Source: a virus
Lineage: Duplodnaviria > Caudoviricetes
Length of the DNA stretch: 39,962 nt
IMG/VR virus record: IMGVR_UViG_3300031452_000172
Span: 1-39,962 of that record
Direction: 5' to 3' (one strand)
The notes beneath the pieces are model-generated. The model was not told where the DNA came from. It worked only from the letters and a program-made list of their open reading frames with translations, and made no database searches. Made by a program: the position numbers and the translations under genes. This document shows positions 25,103 to 34,894 of the stretch, one piece after another. Numbering within the stretch: the first letter of the stretch is position 1; every line of letters starts with the position of its first letter.

Positions 25103-25437
25103 CTACGATCGCCATCAAGCCGAATCCCGCCAAGCCGTCCGCCCTGGCCTTGAAGCATCCCGTGAGTGGGCCCCTCATCGACGCGCAAGGCAACGTCCCC
25201 GACGCGGGTCGCGAGTGGCTTTACGACGGGTTCACGTGCCGGATGCTGGTCGACCGTGCCGTGCTACGCGCGGACGATCCGATCTTCGCAGCGCCGAAGC
25301 ACGATGGCGCTTCCAAGGCGGTCGTCGATCCGCTGAAAGTCCCTGATCAGCCCGGCGTAGACGCTTCCCTGCAGCCCATGAAGCCCGTCGCGCCGATCCC
25401 CTCGGAAAGTTCGGTGAAGCCGTCCTCGGGCCGATAA
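25099..25437 (+). CDS. Small pre-sheath protein (DUF2635/Mu gp38-like)
   Basis: IKP...HPVSG...GREW...RMLVDRAV; canonical position before a Mu-like sheath. Confidence 0.6.
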   Translation: MTTIAIKPNPAKPSALALKHPVSGPLIDAQGNVPDAGREWLYDGFTCRMLVDRAVLRADDPIFAAPKHDGASKAVVDPLKVPDQPGVDASLQPMKPVAPIPSESSVKPSSGR

Positions 25438-25461
25438 GCCGCCCTATCACACCTTGTTCGC

Positions 25462-25485
25462 AAGGCGCCTCCGGGCGCCTTTTTT
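25462..25485 (+). terminator. Intrinsic terminator inside the late operon
   Basis: AAGGCGCC-TCCG-GGCGCCTT followed by TTTT. Confidence 0.75.
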
Positions 25486-25502
25486 GTTGCCCGGAGCCCT
25501 GA

Positions 25503-27296
25503 ATGTCCATCTCCACTTCCATTCCTCCGAACTGGAAACTGCCGCTTTTCTGGGCCGTCGTGGACGGATCTCAGGCCGGCAATCTGACCGAACAGCAGCC
25601 GGCTTGCCTGATTGGCCAAGCCTTCCTCGGCGGCGAGGCCACCGTGGCACCGAAGGCCGGAATGGTTGGCAACGGCACCATCGCGCTCGACGGCGCTGCG
25701 CCGACGCTGACCGGCAGTGTGATTGGCACCTACAAGGCCATCTTCACCTCGGCGACGGCCTTCAACGTGACGAGCCCGGCCAATACCGTTATCGGGACCG
25801 GCACGGTGGGTACGGCCTTCGCCAACCAGGTCAAGTTCACGATCGTGGCCGGAGCAACCCCCTTCGCGGTCGGCGACGAGTTCGACATCGCGGTGACGGC
25901 TACCCCGATCGGCGCGGCGGCCTACAGCGTCGCGATCCCGATCGGATCCACTGCCATCGCCAAACAGCAGTTCGGCGAAGGGTCGATGCTGGAGCGCATG
26001 GTCAACACGTTCCTGCAGGGTAACACTACGCAGGAGTTGTGGTGCCTGCCGGTCCCGCGTCCGATCGCCGGCACAAAGGCAACCGGCGCCCTCCAGATTG
26101 CGACGCCGCCCACCGGCTCTGGCGTCCTCTACGAATACATCGCGGGCCAGCGCGTTGCCGTGACGGTCTACTCGACCGATACCGCGGGGATTGTCGCCGC
26201 GAACCTTGCAGCGGCCATCAATGCCCTGAACACGCTGCCCGTGAAGGCCGCGGTCGACGGAACCGTAACCAGCAAGGTCAACCTGACCTGCCGCTGGCAC
26301 GGGCTCACCGGCAACGACATCACGCTGATCACGAACTACGGTGACCTCTACGCGGGCGAACAGCTGCCGGCCGGGTTGACCCTGACGACCTCTCCCATGT
26401 CGGGTGGTACCGGAAACCCCGATTTCACCGCCGCGATCTCCGCCATCCAGGCGAAGCAATTCTACAACTTCGGCATGCCCTACAGCGACACGGGTTCGCT
26501 CAGGACGTGGGATGCGGAGGTCGGGTTCGGCCCGACCGGCCGGTGGGCCTACACCCGTCAGCAGTACGGGTGGGTGTATAACTACTATCGAAACGACTAC
26601 GCGGACGCGCTGGTGTGGGGCCTCGCCGAGAACAGCCCCGTGATCAGCACCATGGCGCTTGAGCCCGCTGCTCCGAGTCCGGTGTGGGAGTTCACGGCCG
26701 GCTATTGTGCCCAAGGCGCGGCCGCGCTGCTCGACGATTCGGCCCGGCCCCTGCAGTCTCTTGAGATCCCCGGCTGCCTGCCCGCTTCTGTGGACCAGCG
26801 CTTCAGCCAGACCATGCTGAACAACCTTTGCAACTCCGGCTTTGCCGTGCAAGGGGTGGCCCCATCCGGCAACCCGGTGATCCTGCGGGAGTGCCTGCAG
26901 TACCAGTTCAACAGCTATGGGCAGGCCGACACGGCCTTCAACCTTCTGACGATCCTGTCGAACCTCGCCGAGCTGCTCTCGCGCATGAAGAGCCGCATTA
27001 CGTCGAAGTATCCTCGGCATAAGCTGGCGCCGGACGGCACGCGCTTCGGACCCGGTCAGAAGATCGTGACCCCGAAGGTCATCAAGGCCGAACTCGTGGC
27101 CGAGGCTCGGCTCGCCGAATACGACGGCCTGATGTCGAACGTGCAAGCGTTCATCGACAACCTCCTCGTCGAAATCGACACCACTAATCCGAACCGGCTT
27201 AACATCCTGTGGCCGCCTCAACTGATGGGCCAACTGCGCGACTTCGACGTCTTGGCACAGTTCCGTCTGCTCTATCCGACCATCAGTCTAACCTGA
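25503..27296 (+). CDS. Tail sheath protein (Mu gpL-like)
   Basis: IPPNWKLPLFW, FGEGSML, ARPLQSL, KYPRHKLAPDGTRFGPGQKIVTP. Confidence 0.95.
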   Translation: MSISTSIPPNWKLPLFWAVVDGSQAGNLTEQQPACLIGQAFLGGEATVAPKAGMVGNGTIALDGAAPTLTGSVIGTYKAIFTSATAFNVTSPANTVIGTGTVGTAFANQVKFTIVAGATPFAVGDEFDIAVTATPIGAAAYSVAIPIGSTAIAKQQFGEGSMLERMVNTFLQGNTTQELWCLPVPRPIAGTKATGALQIATPPTGSGVLYEYIAGQRVAVTVYSTDTAGIVAANLAAAINALNTLPVKAAVDGTVTSKVNLTCRWHGLTGNDITLITNYGDLYAGEQLPAGLTLTTSPMSGGTGNPDFTAAISAIQAKQFYNFGMPYSDTGSLRTWDAEVGFGPTGRWAYTRQQYGWVYNYYRNDYADALVWGLAENSPVISTMALEPAAPSPVWEFTAGYCAQGAAALLDDSARPLQSLEIPGCLPASVDQRFSQTMLNNLCNSGFAVQGVAPSGNPVILRECLQYQFNSYGQADTAFNLLTILSNLAELLSRMKSRITSKYPRHKLAPDGTRFGPGQKIVTPKVIKAELVAEARLAEYDGLMSNVQAFIDNLLVEIDTTNPNRLNILWPPQLMGQLRDFDVLAQFRLLYPTISLT

Positions 27297-27369
27297 TCGT
27301 TCGCCAACAAGCCTTCCGACCTCGGCGCCCGCGTGGCGCTCTTCTCGTTTCTGACATCAGGAGTTCGTC

Positions 27370-27729
27370 ATGGGGCAGCGCATCGGTGGCGTCCTCAACT
27401 TCAGCATCGACGGCACACAGTACGCCGCGCGAGGGTCATTCCAGGTCAGTCCGAACCGTGTGAAGCGCGAGGGCGTCGCCGGTCAGGACTACGTGCACGG
27501 CTACACCGAGATGCCGGTTGTGCCGGGTATCAAGGGCGACCTGTCCACCCGAGACGAGATCTCGCTGGTTCAGCTCGAATCGATCGTCGACTCGACGATC
27601 CAGGCCACCCTGGCCAACGGCAAGACTTACGTCCTGACGGAGGCTTGGACCAAATCGGCGTTCGAGGTCGACACGGCTGAGGGCAAGTTCAACGCCGAAT
27701 TCCAAGGCGTGACCTGCGAAGAAATCTAA
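27370..27729 (+). CDS. Tail tube protein (Mu gpM-like)
   Basis: REGVAGQDYVHGYTE, LANGKTYVL. Confidence 0.92.
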   Translation: MGQRIGGVLNFSIDGTQYAARGSFQVSPNRVKREGVAGQDYVHGYTEMPVVPGIKGDLSTRDEISLVQLESIVDSTIQATLANGKTYVLTEAWTKSAFEVDTAEGKFNAEFQGVTCEEI

Positions 27730-27755
27730 CCAGCCGGACGGCCTGAGGACAGCAC

Positions 27756-28103
27756 ATGACCGACGAGGCACCAGCTGCGCCGGCCGGCGCAGACGAGATC
27801 TCGGCTACGTTGAGCAAGCCGCTTCGCGTGTTCGACAAGGAACTCACCAAGCTGGTGTTCCGCGAGCCGACCGCGGAGGACATCGAGCGCTATGGGTTCC
27901 CGCTGATCCTCGACGATAGCGCCGACGATCCCATGACGGCCGACCCGACAAAGCCGAAGGCGCCGGACATTCGGTTCGACGCGAAATCCATGACGGCTCA
28001 CATCGCCGTGCTGTCCGGAACGCCCATCGTCAACATTCGCAAGCTGTCGGCCGGCGACTGGCTCCGCTGCGCCTACAAGGTCTCGGTTTTTTTTCTGCGC
28101 TGA
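27756..28103 (+). CDS. Tail assembly chaperone (Mu gp41-like)
   Basis: LVFREPTAEDI...IRKLSAGDW; between tube and tape measure. Confidence 0.88.
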   Translation: MTDEAPAAPAGADEISATLSKPLRVFDKELTKLVFREPTAEDIERYGFPLILDDSADDPMTADPTKPKAPDIRFDAKSMTAHIAVLSGTPIVNIRKLSAGDWLRCAYKVSVFFLR

Positions 28104-28264
28104 GCGGCGTCAAGGAACCCGCGCTCTTCGCCTACGAGCTGGCTCGCGAGTACAGGCAGGACCCCGACGTGTTTCTCCGCAAACCGCTGATGCAGTTGCT
28201 GCGCCACGTCGAGATGACCCACAAGCTCTATGAGATGGCGCGCAAGGCGCGTGGTGAGGACTGA
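28088..28264 (+). CDS. -1 frameshift extension of the tail assembly chaperone (gpGT-like)
   Basis: T8 run at 28087-28094; the -1 frame reads SALSGVKEPALFAYELAREYRQDPDVFLRKPL...RGED and its stop overlaps the tape measure ATG. Confidence 0.8.
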   Translation, partial: FFSALSGVKEPALFAYELAREYRQDPDVFLRKPLMQLLRHVEMTHKLYEMARKARGED

Positions 28265-31200
28265 TGTCGCAAGATGAAGTCCTGCGCCTCGTAGCGCGTG
28301 CGAAGGACGAAGCTTCCGGCCCGCTACGGAAGATCCGCGAGTCCCTGCGGGCCATGAAGGAAGGCAACGAGGGGCCGATCGCCGCTCGCAAAGCCTTCAC
28401 GGAATGGAACGAGTCGCTCAAAGTGACTCGCGAGCACATCGACAAGGTGCACGAGGCGTCGCGGCGCGGGCTCGAGCCCGCGCTCGACATGCTGAACCTG
28501 AAAACAGTGGCGGCCGCCAGCGGTGTCGGCCTCCTGGTGGAGGGCCTGAAGCACTTCGCCGAGCGCGGCGACGAATTGACGGGGTTCAGCAACAAGGTCC
28601 GCCTGTCGATCGAGACGGTGCGGGGATTCGACGGGATAGCAGAGAAGTTCCACGTCGATCCTGCCGAGCTGCGTCAAACCGAGATGACGCTTGTCGACTC
28701 GATGTATCGGGTCAGAAAGCACCGTGGCGAGTTCTACGCCTACCTGAAAGCGCAGCGTCCACAGGACGCTGCCGCGCTTGCCGCCACCCCCGACACCGAG
28801 GCCGGCAACGAACAGGCGCTCCGCATCTCGCTGCGCATGCTGGAAAAGATCAAGCAGGAACGCGGCGAGGCCACGGCCCGGATTTTCGCCAAGGAGAACT
28901 TCGGCAGCGACGCGCTGGTAGATCTCATCCGTGAGGGACTGCCCACGCTCGACGAGGCCATCGCAAAATACCGCGCTCTGTCCGGATCCTTCGACGCCAG
29001 CAAGGGCGAAGAATTCACCAAGGGGATGGCGGACCTCAAGGCCGCGGCAGAGGGGTTCGGCAATATCGCCGGCGCCGAGTTTCTGCCCAAGATCACCGAG
29101 GGCGTGAAGGAGCTGACGGAGTACGTCAGCGGCCACAAGCAGGAAATCGAGGACGGCCTCGTCACGACCGTCCATGACGTCGGCGAGGCTGCCCGTGTCG
29201 CGTGGCCCGCCATCAGCGGCGTTGCGACAGCCGCCAATACCGCCGCCACAGCGATGGGTGGGTGGGGGCACGTCCTCGAAGGCTACGCCGCTTTCAAGCT
29301 GGTCGGGTATGCCTTTGGTTTCAGCCGACTGGCATTCTCGGTTTTTGGCCTCGCCGGCGCCTTCCGGGCGCTCGGCAGGGCGCGTGCCGGCGTCCCCGAC
29401 CTGAAGACCGGCGAGCAGCCGAAAGCCATCGAGCCGCGGTCCTCCATCACTGGCCGCAAGCCAACCGGCCCAACGCCGGAGCCGGGGGCTCTGGCGAACG
29501 ACAACGCCGCGACGGCCTCGCCTGCGAACGACAACCCAGGCCCGAAAGCGCCGAGCGGCAAAACCGTTCTCGACGACGTCACCGACGGCGCGAAAAAGTT
29601 GGCTGCTGCCGGAGGAGGCTTCGCGGACGGGGCAGCGTCGCTCGGCACGGTTCTTATGCTGGGGCAGTGGGCCGCGAAGAGCGATATAGGTCTGCACCGA
29701 GACCTCACGCCCGAGTCACTCAGCAAGAACCCGTTAGGTCTCAAGCTGCCCGGCGAGCCCGGTTATGTGCCTGGGGCCGCGCTGCCGCCGCGGCCGGTTG
29801 CGCCACCGCCTGCACCGACGCAACCGGCCGACGAGTTTGGTCGCGATCCTGCCGTGATCGAGAGCCAGGCGAAGACCTTCAGCATCGAGCCGATCTCCGA
29901 AGTGTTCCGCAACGCCATGCGGCTTCTCAACCCGATCTCGGAAGCGCACGGCGAGGAACTGCCGCGTCGGCCGGTGTTTCATCTCGAAGACGATCGCGAG
30001 ACGCGCGCCCGAGCCGGCTTGGACCCTCTGCCTACGGGTGATCGAGATCTGAAAGCTTCGGTGGACGCCTTGAATGCCGCGCGGCGTTTGAGCCTGGTCG
30101 GCGAAGGTCGCGAAAGGCAGCAGCTGACACCTGCAACGGCGTCGGCCGTCGTCCCGCCGCCCGCCCCGTTGCCGCGTGACGGCATGATCGAGGAAGACCG
30201 CGCCACGCGTGCTCGCGCGTCGGATGCTGCCGAACTCGTGCCGTCCGCAACTGATGCGATCTTCACCCTTGGGTCGCTCGGCGACGAGGTGAAACGCCTG
30301 CATGGCACGTTGCGGGAGTTCGGAACCAAAACCAGCCAGAGCAATATCGTTCCGGCGTCGCTGAAAAGCGACCCTGGCGGGCTGTCGTCCACCTCCGCGG
30401 CGCAGGAGATCATCACCGACGGAACCTACGCGGGCGTGTTCAAGGCGCTCGTGGACTTCGCCAATCAGAACGCTCTCGGCAAGCAGGATGGCCGCAGCGT
30501 CGGTAACGGTGGCAATGGGGGCGGCGTCGTACCCGCGTCGTTCCACCCGGGCGGCTCTGCGGCCATCGGCTTCGGCGGTTCTGCCGCGGCTCTCAGCAAC
30601 GCTGGCGGTGAATTCCTCAACGGCCGCGGCGGAGCGGTCGGCTCCGGCGACGGCACGGCAACGACCGAGAGTGCGGGCGCGGATTTCACTGCCGGTATGA
30701 GGGCGCGCAACCTCGGCAACATCGGATATTTTGGGCAGCATGAGACTGGCTTGGTCGGTCCTTCCAACTCTCGCGACGTCGATCACTCGATCGCCATGTA
30801 CGCCACACAGGAAGACGGGATCCGGGCCGCAGCACGTCTCGCGTTGCGGAAATACGAGAGCGGCATGCGGAGCACTGCGTCGCTCATTGCCGGCCCCCAT
30901 GGCTGGACGCCAGGCTCGCTCGGCCCTGGCGCCTCGATCAATGTCGCCCACGCAATGGGGCTCACCAACCAGGACGACCTGCATCTCGATCAACCCGACC
31001 AGATGCGGAAGTTTCTGCACGGGTTGGCCGTTCAGGAGCATGGGGCATCGGGCGGCCGGTACTATTCAGATGCGATGATCGGCCGTGCCCTGTCCGGAAG
31101 CCAAGCCAGTCGCCCGGCCGGCGGGTTGGGTTCCGCTGGCAACGGCAACGCCGTCGGGATAGCCGAGGGCTTGCTTGGAGCGAACGGTCAACAGGCCGCT

Positions 31201-31797
31201 TCAGCTCTTCATTCGAAGATGACGCCCGGCGAGTGGTGTGCGGATTTCGTCAACGGCGTCTTGAAGGGTGCTGGAGGCAAGGGCGTCAACTCCTCCTTGG
31301 CCTCAACATTCCGAGACTGGGGAACCGAGGTCGCGAAGTCCTCGATCAAGCGCGGCGACGTGCTGGTGAAAAACCATCATGTTGGCATCGCAACGGGAGA
31401 GGTCGATGGCCAAGGCCGGGTCGGCATGGTGTCCGGCAACCACGGTCACCGCGTCGGTCATTCGTGGGAAGGCCTGGACAGCATCCTGGCCGCTCGACGC
31501 GCGGCCGTCACATCCGATGCCGCCGCCGCCGCTCAGTCGGCGGCCGATGCCGCGAGACAGGCCCGCGACGCCGCGACTCCGGCTCCCGATGCGGGCCTGC
31601 CGCGGCAGCCGGGCGAACTGACGCGACGCTCCAACGACGCGCAGACGATGAAGCACAAGGTCGAAGGCAATGGTGAGCTGTCCGTCAAGGTCGATGCCCC
31701 GCGCGGTACTCGTGTGGGCGCAAGCGGAGGCGGGCTGTTCAAGAAGGTCAGTCTCAACCGCGGCTACAGCATGACCCCGGCAAGCGAGACTGCCTGA
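28264..31797 (+). CDS. Tape measure protein with C-terminal lysozyme-like and CHAP/NlpC-like domains
   Basis: 1177 aa, helical Ala-rich N-half; RNLGNIGY...YATQEDGIRAA; WCADFVNGVL...GDVLVK..HVGI...SGN. Confidence 0.85.
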   Translation: MSQDEVLRLVARAKDEASGPLRKIRESLRAMKEGNEGPIAARKAFTEWNESLKVTREHIDKVHEASRRGLEPALDMLNLKTVAAASGVGLLVEGLKHFAERGDELTGFSNKVRLSIETVRGFDGIAEKFHVDPAELRQTEMTLVDSMYRVRKHRGEFYAYLKAQRPQDAAALAATPDTEAGNEQALRISLRMLEKIKQERGEATARIFAKENFGSDALVDLIREGLPTLDEAIAKYRALSGSFDASKGEEFTKGMADLKAAAEGFGNIAGAEFLPKITEGVKELTEYVSGHKQEIEDGLVTTVHDVGEAARVAWPAISGVATAANTAATAMGGWGHVLEGYAAFKLVGYAFGFSRLAFSVFGLAGAFRALGRARAGVPDLKTGEQPKAIEPRSSITGRKPTGPTPEPGALANDNAATASPANDNPGPKAPSGKTVLDDVTDGAKKLAAAGGGFADGAASLGTVLMLGQWAAKSDIGLHRDLTPESLSKNPLGLKLPGEPGYVPGAALPPRPVAPPPAPTQPADEFGRDPAVIESQAKTFSIEPISEVFRNAMRLLNPISEAHGEELPRRPVFHLEDDRETRARAGLDPLPTGDRDLKASVDALNAARRLSLVGEGRERQQLTPATASAVVPPPAPLPRDGMIEEDRATRARASDAAELVPSATDAIFTLGSLGDEVKRLHGTLREFGTKTSQSNIVPASLKSDPGGLSSTSAAQEIITDGTYAGVFKALVDFANQNALGKQDGRSVGNGGNGGGVVPASFHPGGSAAIGFGGSAAALSNAGGEFLNGRGGAVGSGDGTATTESAGADFTAGMRARNLGNIGYFGQHETGLVGPSNSRDVDHSIAMYATQEDGIRAAARLALRKYESGMRSTASLIAGPHGWTPGSLGPGASINVAHAMGLTNQDDLHLDQPDQMRKFLHGLAVQEHGASGGRYYSDAMIGRALSGSQASRPAGGLGSAGNGNAVGIAEGLLGANGQQAASALHSKMTPGEWCADFVNGVLKGAGGKGVNSSLASTFRDWGTEVAKSSIKRGDVLVKNHHVGIATGEVDGQGRVGMVSGNHGHRVGHSWEGLDSILAARRAAVTSDAAAAAQSAADAARQARDAATPAPDAGLPRQPGELTRRSNDAQTMKHKVEGNGELSVKVDAPRGTRVGASGGGLFKKVSLNRGYSMTPASETA

Positions 31798-31798
31798 G

Positions 31799-32437
31799 GT
31801 GGCGATGCCATTCCAGCCGTGGCGGGCCGCCCTGCAGCCGGCAAGCCTCGGTGGAGTTGGATTCCACGTGGAGGTCGGATCCCAGGCCAGTGGGCGCCGA
31901 ATTGCGCTGCACGAGTACCCTAAGCTCGACACGCCCTACGCCGAGGACATGGGCCGCAGGGCCCGCCGCTGGCCGACGACCGGCTACTGCATCGGTCCCT
32001 ATTACCTCCAAGATCGCGACGCCTTGACCGCAGTCCTGGAGGTCGAGGGTCCTTTCACTTTCGTGCACCCGTCTCTCGGCGAGAACCAGGTCGTCTGCGA
32101 AGGGTACTCGGTGACCGAGGTCCGCGAGAAAGGCGGCTTTTGCGTTTTCGAGATGCAGTTCGTCGAGGCCGGCGCAAGCCCCGACAACAGCGTCACCGAC
32201 GATACGCAGGCTCAGGCGACGAGCGCCGCGAACGACAGCAACGGCAATACGGCTTCGACCGTCGATGGCGGCCTCGCTTCTCAGGGCGGCATCGGCTCCG
32301 ACGCCGTCGCCTCGGCCGGAGCGAACGCCAACATCACGCCTGTGACGACGCCGACCGCCAGTCCGACCGACAGCTTCGGTGGCCCGTCGGCGCCGACGTC
32401 CTATCCTGGTGGCGTCGGCGGGATCGGATCGGCCTGA
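31799..32437 (+). CDS. DNA circularisation protein, N-terminal domain (Mu gpN-like)
   Basis: WRAALQPAS..GVGF, GRRIALHEYP, EDMGR, VHPSLG. Confidence 0.9.
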   Translation: MAMPFQPWRAALQPASLGGVGFHVEVGSQASGRRIALHEYPKLDTPYAEDMGRRARRWPTTGYCIGPYYLQDRDALTAVLEVEGPFTFVHPSLGENQVVCEGYSVTEVREKGGFCVFEMQFVEAGASPDNSVTDDTQAQATSAANDSNGNTASTVDGGLASQGGIGSDAVASAGANANITPVTTPTASPTDSFGGPSAPTSYPGGVGGIGSA

Positions 32438-33108
32438 TGACGCTCGACGATCTCAGCGAGGCTGTGGACGTCCTTCAGGCGGCTCTGACGGCGCTTCAGG
32501 CCGCCGTGCCGAGCCAGACCGGCCGAACGGGCGCCGACTTCAGATACCGCTGCGGCGACCTCCTCGCACAAGCGCCGACGCTACTCCAGACAGCCGCGCT
32601 CGGCACGCCGCTCCAGGCGTGCTTCGACGCCGCGGTCGCGAGCGGCGCCACGCTCAACGGCCTCGTCGCGCTGCGTTCGTCCGTGGTCGCCCTGACCCTC
32701 GCAGGGCAGTCCGCCATCTACGTCGCGGGCGGCTGCTACTGCCTGACGCTCGGGTCGGAGGCCAAGATCCTGGCGGCGACGACCTTCACGTCGAGCGGCG
32801 ATGCCCTGGCGGCTCTGGCCGTCTTCGGCGCGGCGATGGACGCCGCCCAGGAATGGACTGCCGACAATGGTCTGCCGGCCCTCTACCAGGGCCTGCTCGC
32901 GCTCGGCGCCGCGGTGAGCCGCGACCTGACGTCCCGCGCCGCGCCGCTGCCCCGACTGACGACCTACGCGTTCCCGCGGGGCACCACGTCCCACGTGCTG
33001 GCCTACCGCCTCTATGGCGACGCGAACCGCGCTGACGAGTTGCGGGCGGAGAACCACGTCATCCATCCCGCTTTCATGCCGGCTTCGGGGCGGGCGCTCA
33101 CGTCATGA
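32437..33108 (+). CDS. gpN-like C-terminal part encoded as a separate gene
   Basis: TGATG coupling; LAYRLYGDANRADELRAENHVIHPAFMP. Confidence 0.8.
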   Translation: MTLDDLSEAVDVLQAALTALQAAVPSQTGRTGADFRYRCGDLLAQAPTLLQTAALGTPLQACFDAAVASGATLNGLVALRSSVVALTLAGQSAIYVAGGCYCLTLGSEAKILAATTFTSSGDALAALAVFGAAMDAAQEWTADNGLPALYQGLLALGAAVSRDLTSRAAPLPRLTTYAFPRGTTSHVLAYRLYGDANRADELRAENHVIHPAFMPASGRALTS

Positions 33109-33701
33109 TCGACTTCGACCTTCGCGAGTTCGAACGCGCCGCGCGCCGCGTGGATGCCTACGCCGACCAGGTGCCGTTTACGCTTGCACAGGCACTGAAC
33201 GATGCCGCCGAGATCGCCCGCAAGGAGATCATCGATAAGACATGGCCCGAACACATGCGGGTCCGCAACGCGCGCTTCATGGCAGCGGCCCTGACGTCCA
33301 AAGGCGAGCGCGCCACCAAGCGCCGGCTTCAGGTGGCGGTCTACGATAAGCTCGGCCGAGCCAGTCTCACACTGCACGAGCAAGGCGGGACGAAGTCTCC
33401 GCGCGGGTCTGCCATCGCGGTGCCCAGCGCTGAGCTTCAGGGACGGCGGAGCGGCAAGGGTGTGCCAAAGGGCCTCCGGCCGGCCGCGCTGGCGAACAGC
33501 TTCCGCAAGGGCGATGCAGTCTATCAACGAACCGGCAAGGGAAAAAGCAAGGGCCTGAAGCTCATGTACGTTCTGAAGCCGTCCACCTCGATCCCGGCTC
33601 AGGTTCCGTTTCACGCCGACTTCGAACGGGTAATGCGGCGCGAGGTGCATCGGTCTTTCGGACCTCGTCTCGCCGCCGCGATGACGACCCGGCGCAAGTA
33701 G
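33105..33701 (+). CDS. Basic neck/minor tail protein (lambda gpZ-like)
   Basis: DQVPFTLAQALNDAA...HEQGGTK; Arg/Lys-rich. Confidence 0.55.
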   Translation: MIDFDLREFERAARRVDAYADQVPFTLAQALNDAAEIARKEIIDKTWPEHMRVRNARFMAAALTSKGERATKRRLQVAVYDKLGRASLTLHEQGGTKSPRGSAIAVPSAELQGRRSGKGVPKGLRPAALANSFRKGDAVYQRTGKGKSKGLKLMYVLKPSTSIPAQVPFHADFERVMRREVHRSFGPRLAAAMTTRRK

Positions 33702-33709
33702 GAGCGACG

Positions 33710-34894
33710 ATGCCGAAAACCGCCGAGATCGCCGTCCTCAGCGTGAACGGCACCAAGTTCTCGGCCTGGACGGATTTCTGGGTGCGCCGCGACTACATGG
33801 GAGTGGCATCCACCTTTCAGTTTTCCGCGACCGAGGCGATCGACGCCAACACCCAATTTCAGAACTGGCGGATCCAGCCAGGGGACCAGTGCACGATAAC
33901 GCTGGCGGGCATCCTGGCCTTGACCGGCCACATCGACGTCCGTCAGGGGTCCTACAACAAGAACGAGCATGGGGTCCTGTTCGCCGGGCGCAGCAATACG
34001 GCCGACGCTGTCGACTCCTCGGCGAACGTGAAAGGGAGCCAGTTCAAGGGGTACACGTTTCAACAGATCGCTTCGGCCATCCTCCAGCCTGCAGGTGTAA
34101 ACCTGACGATCTCCGGCAGTCCGCCGGGCCTCGACCAACCCTTCGATAACTTTTCGATCCGTCTCGGCGAGACCGCCTTCATGGCCGTGGAGCGGCTCGC
34201 GCGACTTCGCAATCTGCGTCTGACCGACGACGCGAACGGCAACATGGTCGCGTCCTACTCGGGTAGCAATCAGGCCAGCGGCGCGCAGCTCGTCGAGGGC
34301 AGAAACATCCTTCAGGCCAGGGCGACGATCGACGTCAGCAACTCCTACCGCGACACGAACGTCCGGGCACAGGGGCAGGGGAGCGACAGCAGCTTCGCCA
34401 CGAACGATGTCTCGGCAAGATCGACGAATTCGAACGTCCGGGCGACCCGGAGCAAGATCATCCTCCTCGAGGAGCCGGGCTCTGCTCAGGATGTCCAGCA
34501 GCGCGTCGAGCACGAGCTGGCTTTCCAGGGTACGGCCGAGATCGATTGCTCCATCGTGGTCCAGGGGTGGCAGGCAAGCGACGGCGAGTTGTGGGACGTC
34601 AACAAGACGTACACGGTCAATTCGCCCATGCTCGACCTCAATCGGGCACTGAAGTCAAAATCGGTGGTCTATGCTCAAAACGAGGCGGGCACGATCACCA
34701 CCATCGAACTCTGCACGCCGGAGAGCCTGACCGGTAAGGCCGATATCACCTCGCCCGGCGCCGGGGCGGGGCAGGGCGGATCCGGCGATAGCACCTATTC
34801 CAACGACGTGCCGCCGGGTAGCCCGACTGTTGACCCGCCGAGCTGGCAAGGTGGTTTCGATAGTTCTGGCCAGGGAGGATCGCCCATTGCGTAG
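33710..34894 (+). CDS. Baseplate hub protein (Mu gp44/gpP-like)
   Basis: FAGRSNTADAVDSS, GETAFMAVERLAR, LVEGRNIL, VQGWQASDGELW. Confidence 0.9.
   Translation: MPKTAEIAVLSVNGTKFSAWTDFWVRRDYMGVASTFQFSATEAIDANTQFQNWRIQPGDQCTITLAGILALTGHIDVRQGSYNKNEHGVLFAGRSNTADAVDSSANVKGSQFKGYTFQQIASAILQPAGVNLTISGSPPGLDQPFDNFSIRLGETAFMAVERLARLRNLRLTDDANGNMVASYSGSNQASGAQLVEGRNILQARATIDVSNSYRDTNVRAQGQGSDSSFATNDVSARSTNSNVRATRSKIILLEEPGSAQDVQQRVEHELAFQGTAEIDCSIVVQGWQASDGELWDVNKTYTVNSPMLDLNRALKSKSVVYAQNEAGTITTIELCTPESLTGKADITSPGAGAGQGGSGDSTYSNDVPPGSPTVDPPSWQGGFDSSGQGGSPIA

Noticed and set aside
29480-30220. Short repeated peptides in the tape measure (ANDN twice; EDRxTRARA-like twice)
   Set aside because: Ordinary low-complexity duplication within a coding linker; no evidence of a separate element.
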